From Phoronis australis (lineage: Eukaryota > Animalia > Phoronida), in assembly GCA_002633005.1 (NCBI GenBank), contig NMRA01000345.1, positions 205,864 through 269,863 on the forward strand: 64,000 nt of DNA, read 5' to 3'. How positions within the stretch are numbered: the first letter of the stretch is position 1; each line of letters begins with the position of its first letter. The translations under genes and the position numbers were made by a program. The notes beneath the pieces were generated by a model. The model worked only from the letters and a program-made list of their open reading frames with translations. It did not search any database and was not told the origin of the DNA. Shown here in pieces: positions 51,676-64,000 of this stretch.

Positions 51676-53506
51676 TTTAAAATTCTATTAAAAGTGTTTG
51701 GAGAAGTTCTACTAGGGCCTCAGGGAAGCACTTATAGAATTCAGCCGGTATGTCATCTTCTCCGGGAGAATTATCCTTCTTTTGTTTCTTAATGACTCTA
51801 AGTATTTCATCTGCGCTAATACCGGCATTTAGTTCATCCATGTCAAAGGCACAAGTTGCTTCACGTTCACTCAGGGGGTGCCTACAACTTTCACGCTGTG
51901 CGTCATGCTCATCAAGAGTCTGTCTAACTGGGTCATCAAAAGTTTCACTGCGACCTACTGTTCTGTTAATATCAAACAGGTTACTGAAATATCTAATTCA
52001 CTCCAATTCAGAAATATTATTATTATCAGGCTTTGTAGTGTGTACTGGCTCTGACAAGCTTTGTTTTACTATAATCCAAAATCTAGTAGGATTCCCCACT
52101 GACTCACAAAGCTCACTTTGTTTATCGGTATAGTATCGCTTTTTTGTCTTCTTACATAACTTTTTGTACTCATTTCTACTAGCAAGATAATTTCTCAGGT
52201 CTAAGTCAGTCCGAGACACCCTAATGTTCCATCTTTTTACATTCACTGTCAAACCATACAGGTCTACGTGGTTTACTTACACACCTATCTTGCCTCACGA
52301 GCATGCCCGCTCCACATGACTGGAGTAAGTCTACTAAGCCTTTAACACTCTTAGTATGTCAATAGCAACACAGCTCATAATTTCTCGACACTTATCGTTT
52401 CCTTCCTTGCTTTGTTTATTTTTTGTAAAAATATGCCATCTATATCTTACTCGCTTTTGCAGTGCTATGTAAGGTTCACCAGTAAGTTTCTGACANGACA
52501 TGTTTCTGGATGATACACTGTAGGTTAAAAATGTTATCGATTGTAGAGTACCCAGTCCGAAAGCCTGCATGTTCTTCCGGGATACATTTCTTGTTATTCG
52601 ACCATTCAATTATACGAGAATAAAGAATAGTTGTAAAAAAATTATTAATAGACTTTTTGACCATTGGGATGGATAATGCCTGGTATTTAAAATTCTATTA
52701 AAAGTGTTTGGAGAAGTTCTACTAGGGCCTCAGGGAAGCACTTATAGAATTCAGCCGATATGTCATCTTCTCCGGGAGAATTATCCTTCTTTTGTTTCTT
52801 AATGACTCTAAGTATTTCATCTGCGCTAATACCGGCATTTAGTTCATCCATGTCAAAGGCACAAGTTGCTTCACGTTCACTCTGTGGGTGCCTACAACTT
52901 TCACGCTGTGCGTCATGCTCATCAAGAGTCTGTCTAACTGGGTCATCAAAAGTTTCACTGCGACCTACTGTTCTGTTAATATCAAACAGGTTACTGAAAT
53001 ATCTAAATCACTCCAATTCAGAAATATTATTATTATCAGGCTTTGTAGTGTGTACTGGCTCTGACAAGCTTTGTTTTACTATAATCCAAAATCTAGTAGG
53101 ATTCCCCACTGACTCACAAAGCTCACTTTGTTTATCGGTATAGTATCGCTTTTTCGTCTTCTTACATAACTTTTTGTACTCATTTCTACTAGCAAGATAA
53201 TTTCTCAGGTCTAAGTCAGTCCGAGACACCCTAATGTTTCATCTTTTTACATTCACTGTCAAACCATGCAGGTCTACGTGGTTTACTTACACACCTATCT
53301 TGCCTCACGAGCATGCCCGCTCCACATGACTGGAGTAAGTCTACTAAGACTTTAACACTCTTAGTATGTCAATAGCAACACAGCTCATAATTTCTCGACA
53401 CTTATCGTTTCCTTCCTTGCTTTGTTTATTTTTTTGTAAAAATATGCCATCTATATCTTACTCGCTTTTGCAGTGCTATGTAAGGTTCACCAGTAAGTTT
53501 CTGACA
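51676..53506. repeat. ~820-bp duplication inside the LINE (51676-52495 vs 52686-53506), bounded by the gap and an N
   Basis: Near-identical copies; N at 52496; probable assembly artefact. Confidence 0.85.
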
Positions 53507-55299
53507 TAATTTTGCAGGGTACTGAGGGTACACATTAAAGGAAAATGCAACGATAAATCACATTGCAATACTTTCAAATCTTGAAAGTAATCGAACAACG
53601 ATGACTCAGCAAGGACATAATCAATGGTGCTACAACCTCTCGTCGAAACAAAAGTAAAATTACCATCAGGATCAGATTTCGATCTACCATTAACAATGTG
53701 GATAACATGACAAATCAATTAAATTTTTATCAAAATTTTTAGTTTTTGCATCTTGGTTTTTCCTTGGTTTGGCGAAATCATCCTCTCCTTAGACACAGCT
53801 ATCTTCTATAACAGGGACATATTTTCTACTGCCATCAGCAGTAACGTCATTGACAGTGCCAGTACGTGCATTGAAATCACCTGCAAGAATTAATCTGGCT
53901 TGGTTTACTTTACCTGAAACATTAAAATGAATGATGTCACTATATATCTGCTCCAAGTCACCTTCTTAGCTATAATCAGAGCCCTCTGGAGGCAGGTACA
54001 CAAAACCTATAATGACATGAGGCTTTTCGCTATGGGGGTACATATTTTTATGTGTAAATACTTTAGACACGATCTTTTAAATCATAATTCATACGCGTTA
54101 CATTCTGTGCCAAATTATTTTTTACTAACACAGTGACGCATCCTGGCAATTTCCCACCAGGGGTGCGAATTGCAGAGTGGACAGTATAGTTGTCGAAAAA
54201 CGAGTCAAATTGTGTTGGTGATTTTTGGAATGATTCAATGAAACCAATTATATCACACGACTCAACAATTTCATATATTTCCTGAGAAGATAACTTCATT
54301 TTAAACCCCTGTCCTTCTATAATCCAGGATCCTATGTTCAAATCGATGCTCTGTTCAACAAATTGCTCTTCTGTGTCAGGGACTACTTCATCATTGATAC
54401 CTCTGTCAGCTGACCCTCGAAAATTTGTTCTTCGTTTGACCATGTCTTGTTCTTCGTCGTAGTAGTAGGTTTCTTTACCGTTGATCTTGTCTATGTTGCG
54501 GCTTGAAGTGGCCTTAAAATGTTCCTGAACCGGGAACAAATATTGAAATATGAATAATTAAGTATCAGACCAAGGATCCACCGACTACAGTACAGCCAAC
54601 AAGCGGCAAGCTGAGGGGTCAGCCTTTCAGAAACATGTTCAGTTTAGTAAATCACATTAGGGATGACAGAAATTTGGTGAGGTACATGTATGACGCCACA
54701 GAGTTTGGTTGTGTAGGAGATACTAGGGAAGTCTTCTGGGGGAGGGGCAAAATGAGGCAATTTCGTGATGCAGAATGAGCCATTTTTTACTACATTTTCT
54801 ACTAAAGTTTCTGCTTCAAACATAATCTTCGGCATCGTCACTAAAACATCGGTTACCATGGCAACAGTGGGACTGTTTCAGTGGAGGTATTTTACATGCT
54901 TGTTAAGAACCAGAAGCAAACTATACCCTTATAGCGAAGCAGTCACCACGAGAAAACTCAAAATTATAACATGGACTTGTAGAAAACTCCATGCCCTTAA
55001 ATGAACACATAAAAAACTTAGTCAGCCCTTTAAGCAGGCTTGGTAATTGGTATCTGAATTTCACTATTTTCAGACCGCACATATAGGTATTTGTAGTATT
55101 GAGCCAGTCACTAGTTGTGCGCTGTTCCTACGCATTAAAATGTCGTGGTATAATACAAGAATTAATAGAATTGGTTTGCTTAAATGTTTTTGATCAATTA
55201 TAACGATACAAGCGGGCCCCATTAACGTATAAAATTATACTAGATTTGTTCATACAACTCGTTGAATACCAAACTAAAGCATACAATATGCGTTAGTTG

Positions 55300-55795
55300 A
55301 ATGATGGATGATCAGAAGTGCAGGTTTGCGAATTTACCTATTTATTTGGCACTACCAGTCGTTTAAAATGCGGTATTTTTACAAATTGGCAAGAGAAAAA
55401 ACTATAATTTTTTTTGAAATGCACAAGGAATATGGCGAGACATTTGAGAACCTTAATAGTGAGGGGACGTGTAGGAGGTGGAACGTGTCCTCCTGAGTCT
55501 AAGACGTAGTCTGTCTGGCTCGGAGGCAGGTGTGCAACTGTAGCAAGNAATGATGGATGATCAGAAGTGCAGGTTTGCGAATTTACCTATTTATTTGGCA
55601 CTACCAGTCGTTTAAAATGCGGTAACTTTACAAATTGGCGAGAAAAAAATCTTTAATTTTTTTGAAATGCACAAGGAATATGGCGAGACATTTGAGAACC
55701 TTAATAGTGAGGGAACGTGTAGGAGGTGGAACGTGTCCTCCTGAGTCTAAGACGTAGTCTGTCTGCCTCGGAGGCAGGTGTGCAACTGGAGCAAG
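55300..55795. repeat. ~247-bp tandem duplication split by an N
   Basis: 55300-55547 vs 55549-55795 with several SNPs; N at 55548. Confidence 0.85.
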
Positions 55796-58685
55796 ATTAC
55801 CTAAGGTAGATGATTCCCTTGTCATCTTTACAACCTTCTATATACATTGGCGTCGCTAAAGACATTGTGTACATCCACTGGACACACGAGGGGAAATCCG
55901 AAAGAGGACTAAAAAATAACCAAGGACGTAAAATCAAGGATCAATCCTGCATCATGCAAGTTCAGTTAGGAATCTCCAAACTCTAGGGTCAGACCCTGAG
56001 GAATATTTTTGAAGCATGTCCTCCATGCAAAAATACTTTTATTGACGCACCTTGACTTCTTATATCTTGGGCCTTATTGCTTAATTACATCTCACTTCAA
56101 AGTTTCTTGAAGTAATATGTAGTGTATACATTGAAATATAAAATAGGTACAGTTTAGTTAACATGACTTTTCATAATAACCACCAAATGTGTTTAAACTT
56201 TTTACGTGACTTCTGCCCATGACCTACTTTTATGGATTAGAGGGTATGTTATGCCCGCCATTGAATTTCTGTGATTGAATAAGAAGGAAATTAAACATGA
56301 TAAATGCGTCAAAAATAATGTGCATTCTTAAGACAATTCATTGATATTAAGTTGTGATTTTGCAACTAGTGAAGCTTACAAAGATGATTAGGCTAAAACA
56401 TTGAACGGAACTCAAAATGTGGAACTGATATATGCCTAATGTGCAGTTCAAAGTTTTGCTCAATCCCTCATTGCTGAGGAAGAAGGCCAAGTCGCACATC
56501 AAAATGCACCCTCCCAAAACTATAATGAAAAAGACAGGGATTTACACATGACCCATAGGTCTACCAAAATTTCCCGTTGACTGGAAGTCCTGAAGGGAAA
56601 TTGATCTGGTAACCACGTAAAGAATTCCGGTGTTGTTTCATGCATGCTGAATTTGCAATAGAGTTCAAAATTCCTGTTTACGTCATATGATTGCCAAAAA
56701 GCGGTGAAAAATTAATCACTGATTGTTGGGAGGTTCCACAATATTTAGCGAGGATCTTGAACCTATGGTTTCCCTGTCATACTAGTGCATGAAAGATAGT
56801 GTATGCGGTGTATGCAATGCATTACAAGAACAAGAGTAGACAAGTCAGATGTTTGTTTGAAAATCTATTATTTTGAAATGGTTCATTTTTATGCTCATCG
56901 TAAAAGTAGGCTCGTGTGAATTGCTGAATGGTATTGCTCAACTTTTGGGTTCATATCAGCTGCCATCTACGGTTCTGTGTTATAAAAAACAGGGTGGTAG
57001 TGAACTAGGGTGGGGAGATCTTGTAGAGTTGCATTGAGGATTTTAGATACTAGAAATTGCCTAGGAAATACAGTGACTGCTACTCAATTGTTTTAGGTTT
57101 CAATGTTGTGAAGAGAAATGTAAAGCCGACTCAAGTATTTGACAATGAACGCTGGCACATAGGTAGCGCAGATAATTTAAAACGGTTTTTATTATTTTCT
57201 ACCTGTAATGTGCCATACTTCTGTTTTATACCTCTGTCATACTGCCAGGTTCATAGAAATTCATTGTTAAGTTTTTATAACCAAATCTGAATGGCGTATT
57301 TGTAAAGCCTTCACTTTAGCTTGGTATTCATTTTTTCTGAGCCGAAAAGGCCACATTAAATTTAATATGTTTATTTTTTTCATTAATTCAATTTTAGGAA
57401 TCAGGAAAGGCTGATGCTGAAGAAGTGGCTTCTGCTGAAAGAGGAAACCTGCTGATTATTTGTAAAGGTTGGGTATGGAAACGTTCAAACCCACCAAGAA
57501 GGTACGTTTCTGGACAACTGAGTGAGGGGGCTAGAGATAGAGAGGGCGAAACGTCTACTGCCAGAAGGTTTGAGAAACGAGTCGGAGGAAAAAGTATTTG
57601 CCAAAGATTAGTGGCTTATATCACAACAGGTCCAAAGTAATTTGTTGAGTTATTATATGAGCACAGCTGTGCAGGGAAGTAGGCTTGTGTATTGTTGCAA
57701 GCTCTGGTTGCACCAGAACTGCTGTATGAACAGGACAAATCTAAATTTATCTGTATTGAATTGTTGTCCAGTCACCGATCATTATCCTGGGTAAGTGGAT
57801 TATGTTGATACAGCCACATGGTAATGGGTACATTATTCTTTTTGTTTAGCCACTTGATTTTTGGTGTTATAGGATTTCTCAATGTGGCCAACACTTTTAG
57901 AAGTTTGTTTCGTGATTTCTGACCACTGTACTGTTTCTTTTCCTGAAAATTAATCTGACTATGCTTTCGCGTTTTATTTACCATTATGAATTTACTGACA
58001 TTTGAGCCCCTGTTGCGGTAAGACTGATTTTGTTCACTTATCTTCCAGCCTGGGTTGTAAACTCACATTCTGTCCAGGAGGTAAAGTTTTGATTTAGACC
58101 ATTTACCTCTATAATTTTTTCTCAATTTGTTCCTGATGCAGATGAGAAGTGATTTCTGGAATTGCAGGGAAATGACAGTTTGCTATTCCTCGAGACCATT
58201 TTCTGTGCATAAAATCACACACTGTTAGACAGCCATCTTATAGAGCCTGGTCTCTAGCAAATGCACACTGACATTTCTTTCAATTCTGAAATTGTTCAAA
58301 AGTGACCAGGAAATAAGTATTACCTCTTTCATGATGGTAAGTTGTTTTGTGTGATAGTAGACAGGTCTATGTCAAATGATTTTTGTTGCATTGCTAAAAA
58401 GTGTTAGCACATTACGTCTGATGACTCTTTGGTTTTTGGTGAATTGACCTTTATGCTTGAATTATACACGGCGATATACATATTGGGTTTTATTCTCTTG
58501 CGATATTTTCTTTTTCATTCAGTGTCTCGTTAGCCAACAACATTCCAGCAGACCGGACTGGCCGTGTCACGGCAGCTGATGGTCGACTAAGTAGAAACGT
58601 CTGTAATATTTTATGTTCTATCAACACTAAGGCAAAAGAGAGTGGTTTCAACTTATATAGTACCTACTTAACGATCTGAACCAAT

Positions 58686-61557
58686 AGCGAATGTGCAAAT
58701 CCGCCATATTTGATTTTGCCGCCACAGTTGCATTGTGGGAAACATATGCTTCTATCGCTAAGACAAGCGAGTGTTGCCGGGTGTTGTTGCAAGGAATGTT
58801 TAGCCCAGAAGCGGTTATAAAGTTATTTTATTTGAATTCTTATCAAAAATTAATTTTAAACGAATATCTAGTGCAGGACTGCAACTGTATTTTATTATAG
58901 AAATGTTTTGGAGATGAATTAAGTCAAAGTTGCCGCACCCCACCTCCGTCGACTGTGACTCCGAGGCCCAGTCTGCAACCTCCGTCAGGTTCATACTCAT
59001 ACTCGAGATTTCGTACTCATAATCGCCGGTGCTCACTGGAATCATACTCAAAAAGTCAAATTTAATGTCGCATTTGAGTAGACTGCAAACGTAACCAAAT
59101 CTGAGAATCGTACTCTACTTCAGTTATGATGTGAAATGCAAAATCATGAAAAGTCGCGCTGATTCAGCGCTCCCTCTATTCGCATCGAGACTAGCAACTA
59201 TATTATCGTCAGCTCTCGCTACAACAACAGGAGCAACGTGGAATGCTGAGTGTTCTGTAATTGTTATCCACTGCCACATTTACTCCTAAAAATAGCATTG
59301 TCAAAACAGCGATTGACGGCATATTGAAATTTTCTTTTATTGCAGTGGTGGGCCGGTGATCCCGGTACCATATCACAGGTCTGCAACCAACATTTTTGAT
59401 GGAGAGTTCCAATTGAACATTTTCTTTGACGGCGGGAGGTCGAATTTCAAAAGTGTGTACCTTAATTGCCAGCGGTGGTCGGTGTTAAGAGCCCGAAACT
59501 TAAGTAGACGATGTTTTTGGGCAGCAGTTGTTGGGTTACTGGTCAACCCCTGTTCTTAGTGTTGCGTAGAACCCAACGTCTTGTAGGCCTAAGTTGATGT
59601 CAAAACTTTGATACTGTATCTTTGCGTTTTATTGGGATGTAACAGGTTTGTTGACATTTGGCGCGTGAGTTAAAAACACTACACGTAGTACGCTATAGGC
59701 AGGAATTCAGAGTTCATCAGTGTATGGGACGGTAAACAAAATCTTAATATCATTAGGGTATTGAAGAATTATCGATGACTAAACTGTTATGTGAAATCTG
59801 ACAGGGAAGCAAATTGTTTTTTTTTTAACTTTCCTCGTCTTTAGGACTAACTTATATTTTAACTTGCCTAGTCGGACAAGTAGAAATGAAATGTAATTGT
59901 CCTGACCTATACGACTCTTGTCCGCTGGTAATTAAACTCAAATTATACTTTTCAAACATATAGGAATGTCGAACATTATACCTGTTACCACAAGCTCAAT
60001 AAACATATGTAAGAGCATACATTACACAAGTTTTAAATTTCGGCACAAGTTTATTGAAGTGGGTATTTTGATTTCACCTGTGAACACGCCCCAAGTTTAC
60101 ATGTTTTTTACAAGCTGCCCGGTGAGCCGTCGACTTTTCCCAATGGACACTTAGACAACCATGCACGTACTAATGATTGACAGGTGTTCGTACTGAATAA
60201 TTTGAACTTAGACAACCAAACACATGATAACGACTGACAGGTCTTCTTATTGAATACTTTGAGCTGTGTAATATTTTATATACATTGTATACAGTATTTC
60301 TTTTTTAATTCAAAGCCAACACCGCACGTGCCCAGCAATTGGACGATGCCACTTTTAGGCAATAGGGGTGCTCAGTCAGGTGCCAAAATAATGAAGCAAA
60401 AATACACCTTGTAAAAAGTCATCAGCCAAATCAAAAGTTCAAAAAACTAGTTTTTAACCACGTGGAGCGTGGACAGAATGTTTGACTTACGCTAATGACA
60501 AGTTGATTTTTTCGCTCTTGACTTTGGTTGGGCGCTTCCATTTTGTGTCAGGAGTGAAGTTATTAAAAACGTTTACCAAGACAGGTACACCGACGCAAGT
60601 TGGCTTGGAGTCACAGTGGACCACGTCTTTTTTATTTCAATGCACATGGTGGTTATGTTTCGTGTACTGTCACGGGGAATCACAGAAAGGTTGGCCACGG
60701 ACGTGATATCCTTGTCAAGCCTGTGTCTCCTTCAATAAAGTGCATGAGAATACGTATTTTACCGCTATAGTAAGGCAATGTCCCGGTTTCACTAAAACTG
60801 GCGTGAGTTCAAATCGCTTAGAACTACGCTAGAACCTAGCTAAAATCAAAACTTTGCCAGATTACGTGAGATACTGCCGTGTATTTGGCTAGAACTATTC
60901 GAATACAAGTGCCTTGGATGAGCTCCTGTATTATCTAAACAACACTTTGTCGATTTGCCATGCACCGCATATTATCGACACTGATGACTAAACAAGTGTC
61001 AGATTTATCCCTGCCACTTCGAAGAAGTTCTGATCGTCCAAATTTACTATAGTTTCCAAAAAGTTAACTTGTCCTGTCGGACAAGCTGCTTGTCCAGACC
61101 AACAAATTGCTGTCCCGGGCAGTCGAACTACCGTTAATGTCGAAGAAACCGTTGCACACGCACTTCAATCACGGCAATCCCCACCCCACAGCTGCTTTTG
61201 ACCCTTGTAATGACTCGTCAACATGGGATTAGCAATCGCCAGTAAGAAGGACTTTAAAAATTGGCGGCAATGAAGTGCAGTGAGTTTGAGTATGATTCGA
61301 GTGTTATCACGGAGATTGGATACCAGGGCCAGGTAAACTATAAGCGCATGTCTTGGATTGTACAAATTAGTATTTTAATAAGATACTGAGAATCTGTAAC
61401 ATATTTTTTCTAGTCTTAATAATTGAATACGGCAGCTAAATATAGTGATCTCTTCTGTATAGAAACTCTCACGCTGCTACTAGGCATACAAACTATCCCA
61501 GAATGCAACAGAGAGGAACTGGTGTGCGGCATGCGCATTGAGATTTGCACATTCGCT
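58686..61557. mobile_element. ~2.9-kb non-autonomous DNA transposon, ISL2EU-like
   Basis: Perfect inverted repeat caat|AGCGAATGTGCAAATC ... GATTTGCACATTCGCT|attg; AT flanks; further imperfect inverted similarity (tgcattgtggga / tcccagaatgca). Confidence 0.65.
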
Positions 61558-62330
61558 ATTGCTAGCATGCACTAGTATGTACTATAAACATGTTGGTGTC
61601 CATGATTAATAACAGGTGACAGTATAAACAAAGAGTGAAGCACTGAGCTCATCATGTTACAACGGAGATGTGACGTCAGCAGCTGTAGAATGTAGGTCAA
61701 GGTGCTGGGTCAAGATTCAGTTCCCACACGAATGTCACATGACTGTGAGCAGCGCTACCCGTTAGTAAAGCATCGTTGCATCCAGCGCCATCTGTTTGTC
61801 GTAAAGGTTTTGGAAGAGCGGGTACCTTTTGCCGCGTGTTCAGCAAAGGGCATTGCACCGACATTTATACGCTATGAAAAATAAGAGGAATAATTTACAT
61901 GAAAACGATATTTTGATTCAGTGATTTTTTTCTCTCGTGTTCTCTCACTTGTAAATCACCGATCTCCAATTTGAATGCAGGCGTCGTGTGGTCGGGATCC
62001 TTTGACTTGAGCATTATAGCCAGTTACTAGTGATGATCTACTTTAGCAGACGATATATCCCGGTCGAAGCTTAGCGTGATAACAAATGTGTAGTAAGCTA
62101 TAATAGTTGCTAAAGCTTAATTTATAGATTCAATTTGTTTTTTTTTTTTTGTTTTATTTTTCAACTGGTTTTCAGTAAAAGCATTATTTTACAAAAATAG
62201 CCCGGCTTTTCTTAAAAGGTCACGACCTCCGACCCCGGGCCTCTGACATAGAAAGTAGTTACAAAGCCGAGGCGAGTCGAGAAAGGTAGATCGATTCATG
62301 GAAATGTTTCTCGTTCAGTATGTGGTATAA

Positions 62331-62490
62331 ATAGATTATTACATGTTCTCAGTCGTTATCTCCCTTATCTTGAGCCCTCGTGGATTTTGGAGAATTATCA
62401 CCCTTGGGGCTGACGCCCCTCGGGCGATAATTCTCCAAAATCCACTCGGGGTATAACGGGGGATAACGACTTCGCCATGTAATAATCTAT
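62331..62490. mobile_element. 160-bp fully palindromic hairpin MITE
   Basis: atagattattacatg ... catgtaataatctat; gtggattttggagaattatc / gataattctccaaaatccac arms. Confidence 0.8.
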
Positions 62491-64000
62491 ATGGATGTGG
62501 TGCCTAGAGCTACCTCAAGGTTGTGAAGAAAAAATTTACAGTGTTGCCAGCGACATTGTGAAATCCCTTTTTCGCAGTGAGACTACATCACCTTAAATGT
62601 AATTCCTTGACTTTATTGGTTTTGTGTACTTGACTCTGTCCTGTAGCAACTGGATTGTTGAAAAGAAGGCAATTTTTATTAGAGTCAAAACATTTACACT
62701 TTTGACTGTATAATTAGCTTTGTATTGTATTTCGAAAACATATTTGGTAGTATACAAGTCTCTGGTTGGCGTTTTATATCTTTTCACAAGGAATATTTTG
62801 AACATAGATGTGTTGCCTGTGACGTAGACAACTTCCAAATGAGACAAAAAATAACATTGTCAAAGATAATTTTACTTTTTAGATGTGTGATTACTTTTGA
62901 AAAACCAGTGCAAAATTTGGTGAAAGAGAAGAAATCCAGAAATTTTACAAAAACGGAATAATACATGGTTGGGGATTGATGTACTAATGCAATGGATTCT
63001 GAGCTCTTTCCATGAGCAGTACAACACAATACATGGATATCAAAAATTAGTGTTAACGTTCAACGGAAAGGATTCGTGTGCGCTGTAAGAGTTACTGAGT
63101 TGCATGATAAGTTTTTATGGATACTTTGGGAGTCCTCTTCTGTGGTCATCTACGGGAAACCAGGTCGCATAGATTAGCATCGTCATTGTTCCCGTTGTTA
63201 TAGTAAAGATAATTGCGATCATTTGTCGGCAACAGATTGACGTGCGCCCGAAGGTGCTATATCCATGTGAACTGTGTTGTTATATCCAACAATGACAAAA
63301 CAAAGGAAAACAACGATGCGACCGATTGGCAATCTACATGCGATGAAATGCTATGGGCAGTGGTAGAGTTTGTCTTGTCATTGGAATGTTTTAAGAAAAT
63401 TGCAAACCCGTTATTTCCCAGGAAAATTTCTGCGGCCTTTTGTTTAAAGTCGTATGAAAAATTGTGGCCACGCCAGTTAACTATCATTCATTTGATATTA
63501 TAATGTATTGCATAAACATTTGATCAACAGAAAATCAGACTTGAATAGGAAATTGCAAAGCATAGCAACTATAACTCAAAATAAACTACATTCCTCGCGT
63601 TCATGTCTAACCCTGTTGACTGGGGAAGATATAATAGGATTTTTGAAAAAAAACTGATCAATGAATGGTATCAGGAAGAGATAACCAGGAAGGGACAACT
63701 AGCTAAACCGCCGTTTTTGGCCTCCTTCCCCGGTCTAATTTCAGGACTTAAGTTTCGTTTAAAAGGAAACAGATGATTTTATCAGAGAGATTAAAGCTTT
63801 TTCTATAGAAGGATATCAAAAAACTCACTTTGCAACCTTAAACAGTGGTGTAATTGTACTTTAAAAATATCGACTTCAGAGCACTCAATCGCAACTTCCC
63901 ACACGCAGTCACGGGTATTTAAGCTTTTCCGTCGATGTATAGATGGCGCAGTAGTCAAGTACTCCCTCATTTGCATATCAAATTTGCATGTGGGAGTTCT

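Larger units (their letters stand above)
49701..54600 (-). mobile_element. Decayed RTE-X-like LINE (APE endonuclease, RT, C-terminal CCHC), interrupted by the gap
   Basis: EN motifs LNIGSW..EG, GDFNART, FTFVSTRGCSTIDY; RT EEHAGFRTGYSTIDNIF; PILTYGAEI...TPNAM.R.ECGR; ERICGIC..EIEDEPHF..RC; AATAAA followed by a (TTA)n tail at 49701-49750. Confidence 0.85.

Noticed and set aside
50943-51792. Long ORFs of 245 and 275 aa
   Set aside because: Artefacts of translating the N gap.
54063-54539. 158-aa minus-strand ORF as a host gene
   Set aside because: Its C-terminal half is the start of the LINE APE endonuclease (LNIGSW..EG, DIIGFIES); it belongs to the retroelement.
57650-58300. Possible ancient minus-strand LINE RT remnant
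   Set aside because: Only vague motif echoes; too degraded to support by eye.
1-64000. Prokaryotic-type systems (operons, CRISPR, defence or toxin loci)
   Set aside because: The sequence is animal nuclear DNA with spliceosomal introns and no long intact ORFs.

Overview
Draft-assembly window from an invertebrate animal genome (AT-rich, spliceosomal GT-AG introns, a 697-nt N gap and several single-N contig joins). One host gene is clearly supported: the 5' part of nucleoporin NUP153 on the minus strand. It has 13 coding exons from the ATG at 16338 to beyond position 1, about 737 codons with consistent splice phases, and reaches the first RanBP2-type zinc finger. Upstream of it (about 16.7-64 kb) no host gene can be confirmed. 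That region is a dense, nested field of transposable elements: a decayed Sola3-like element, a Kolobok-like element with a THAP remnant, a 9-bp-TSD long-TIR element, hAT-like MITEs, an ISL2EU-like element, an RTE-X-like LINE, a LOA/R1-type LINE 3' end and tRNA-derived SINEs. The most interesting observation is an apparent SINE-LINE partnership visible inside the window: two tRNA-derived SINE copies in NUP153 introns carry the same structured ~80-nt 3' tail as the 5'-truncated RNase H-containing LINE at 41.2-41.9 kb. All family assignments come from motif recognition by eye; no database searches were run.
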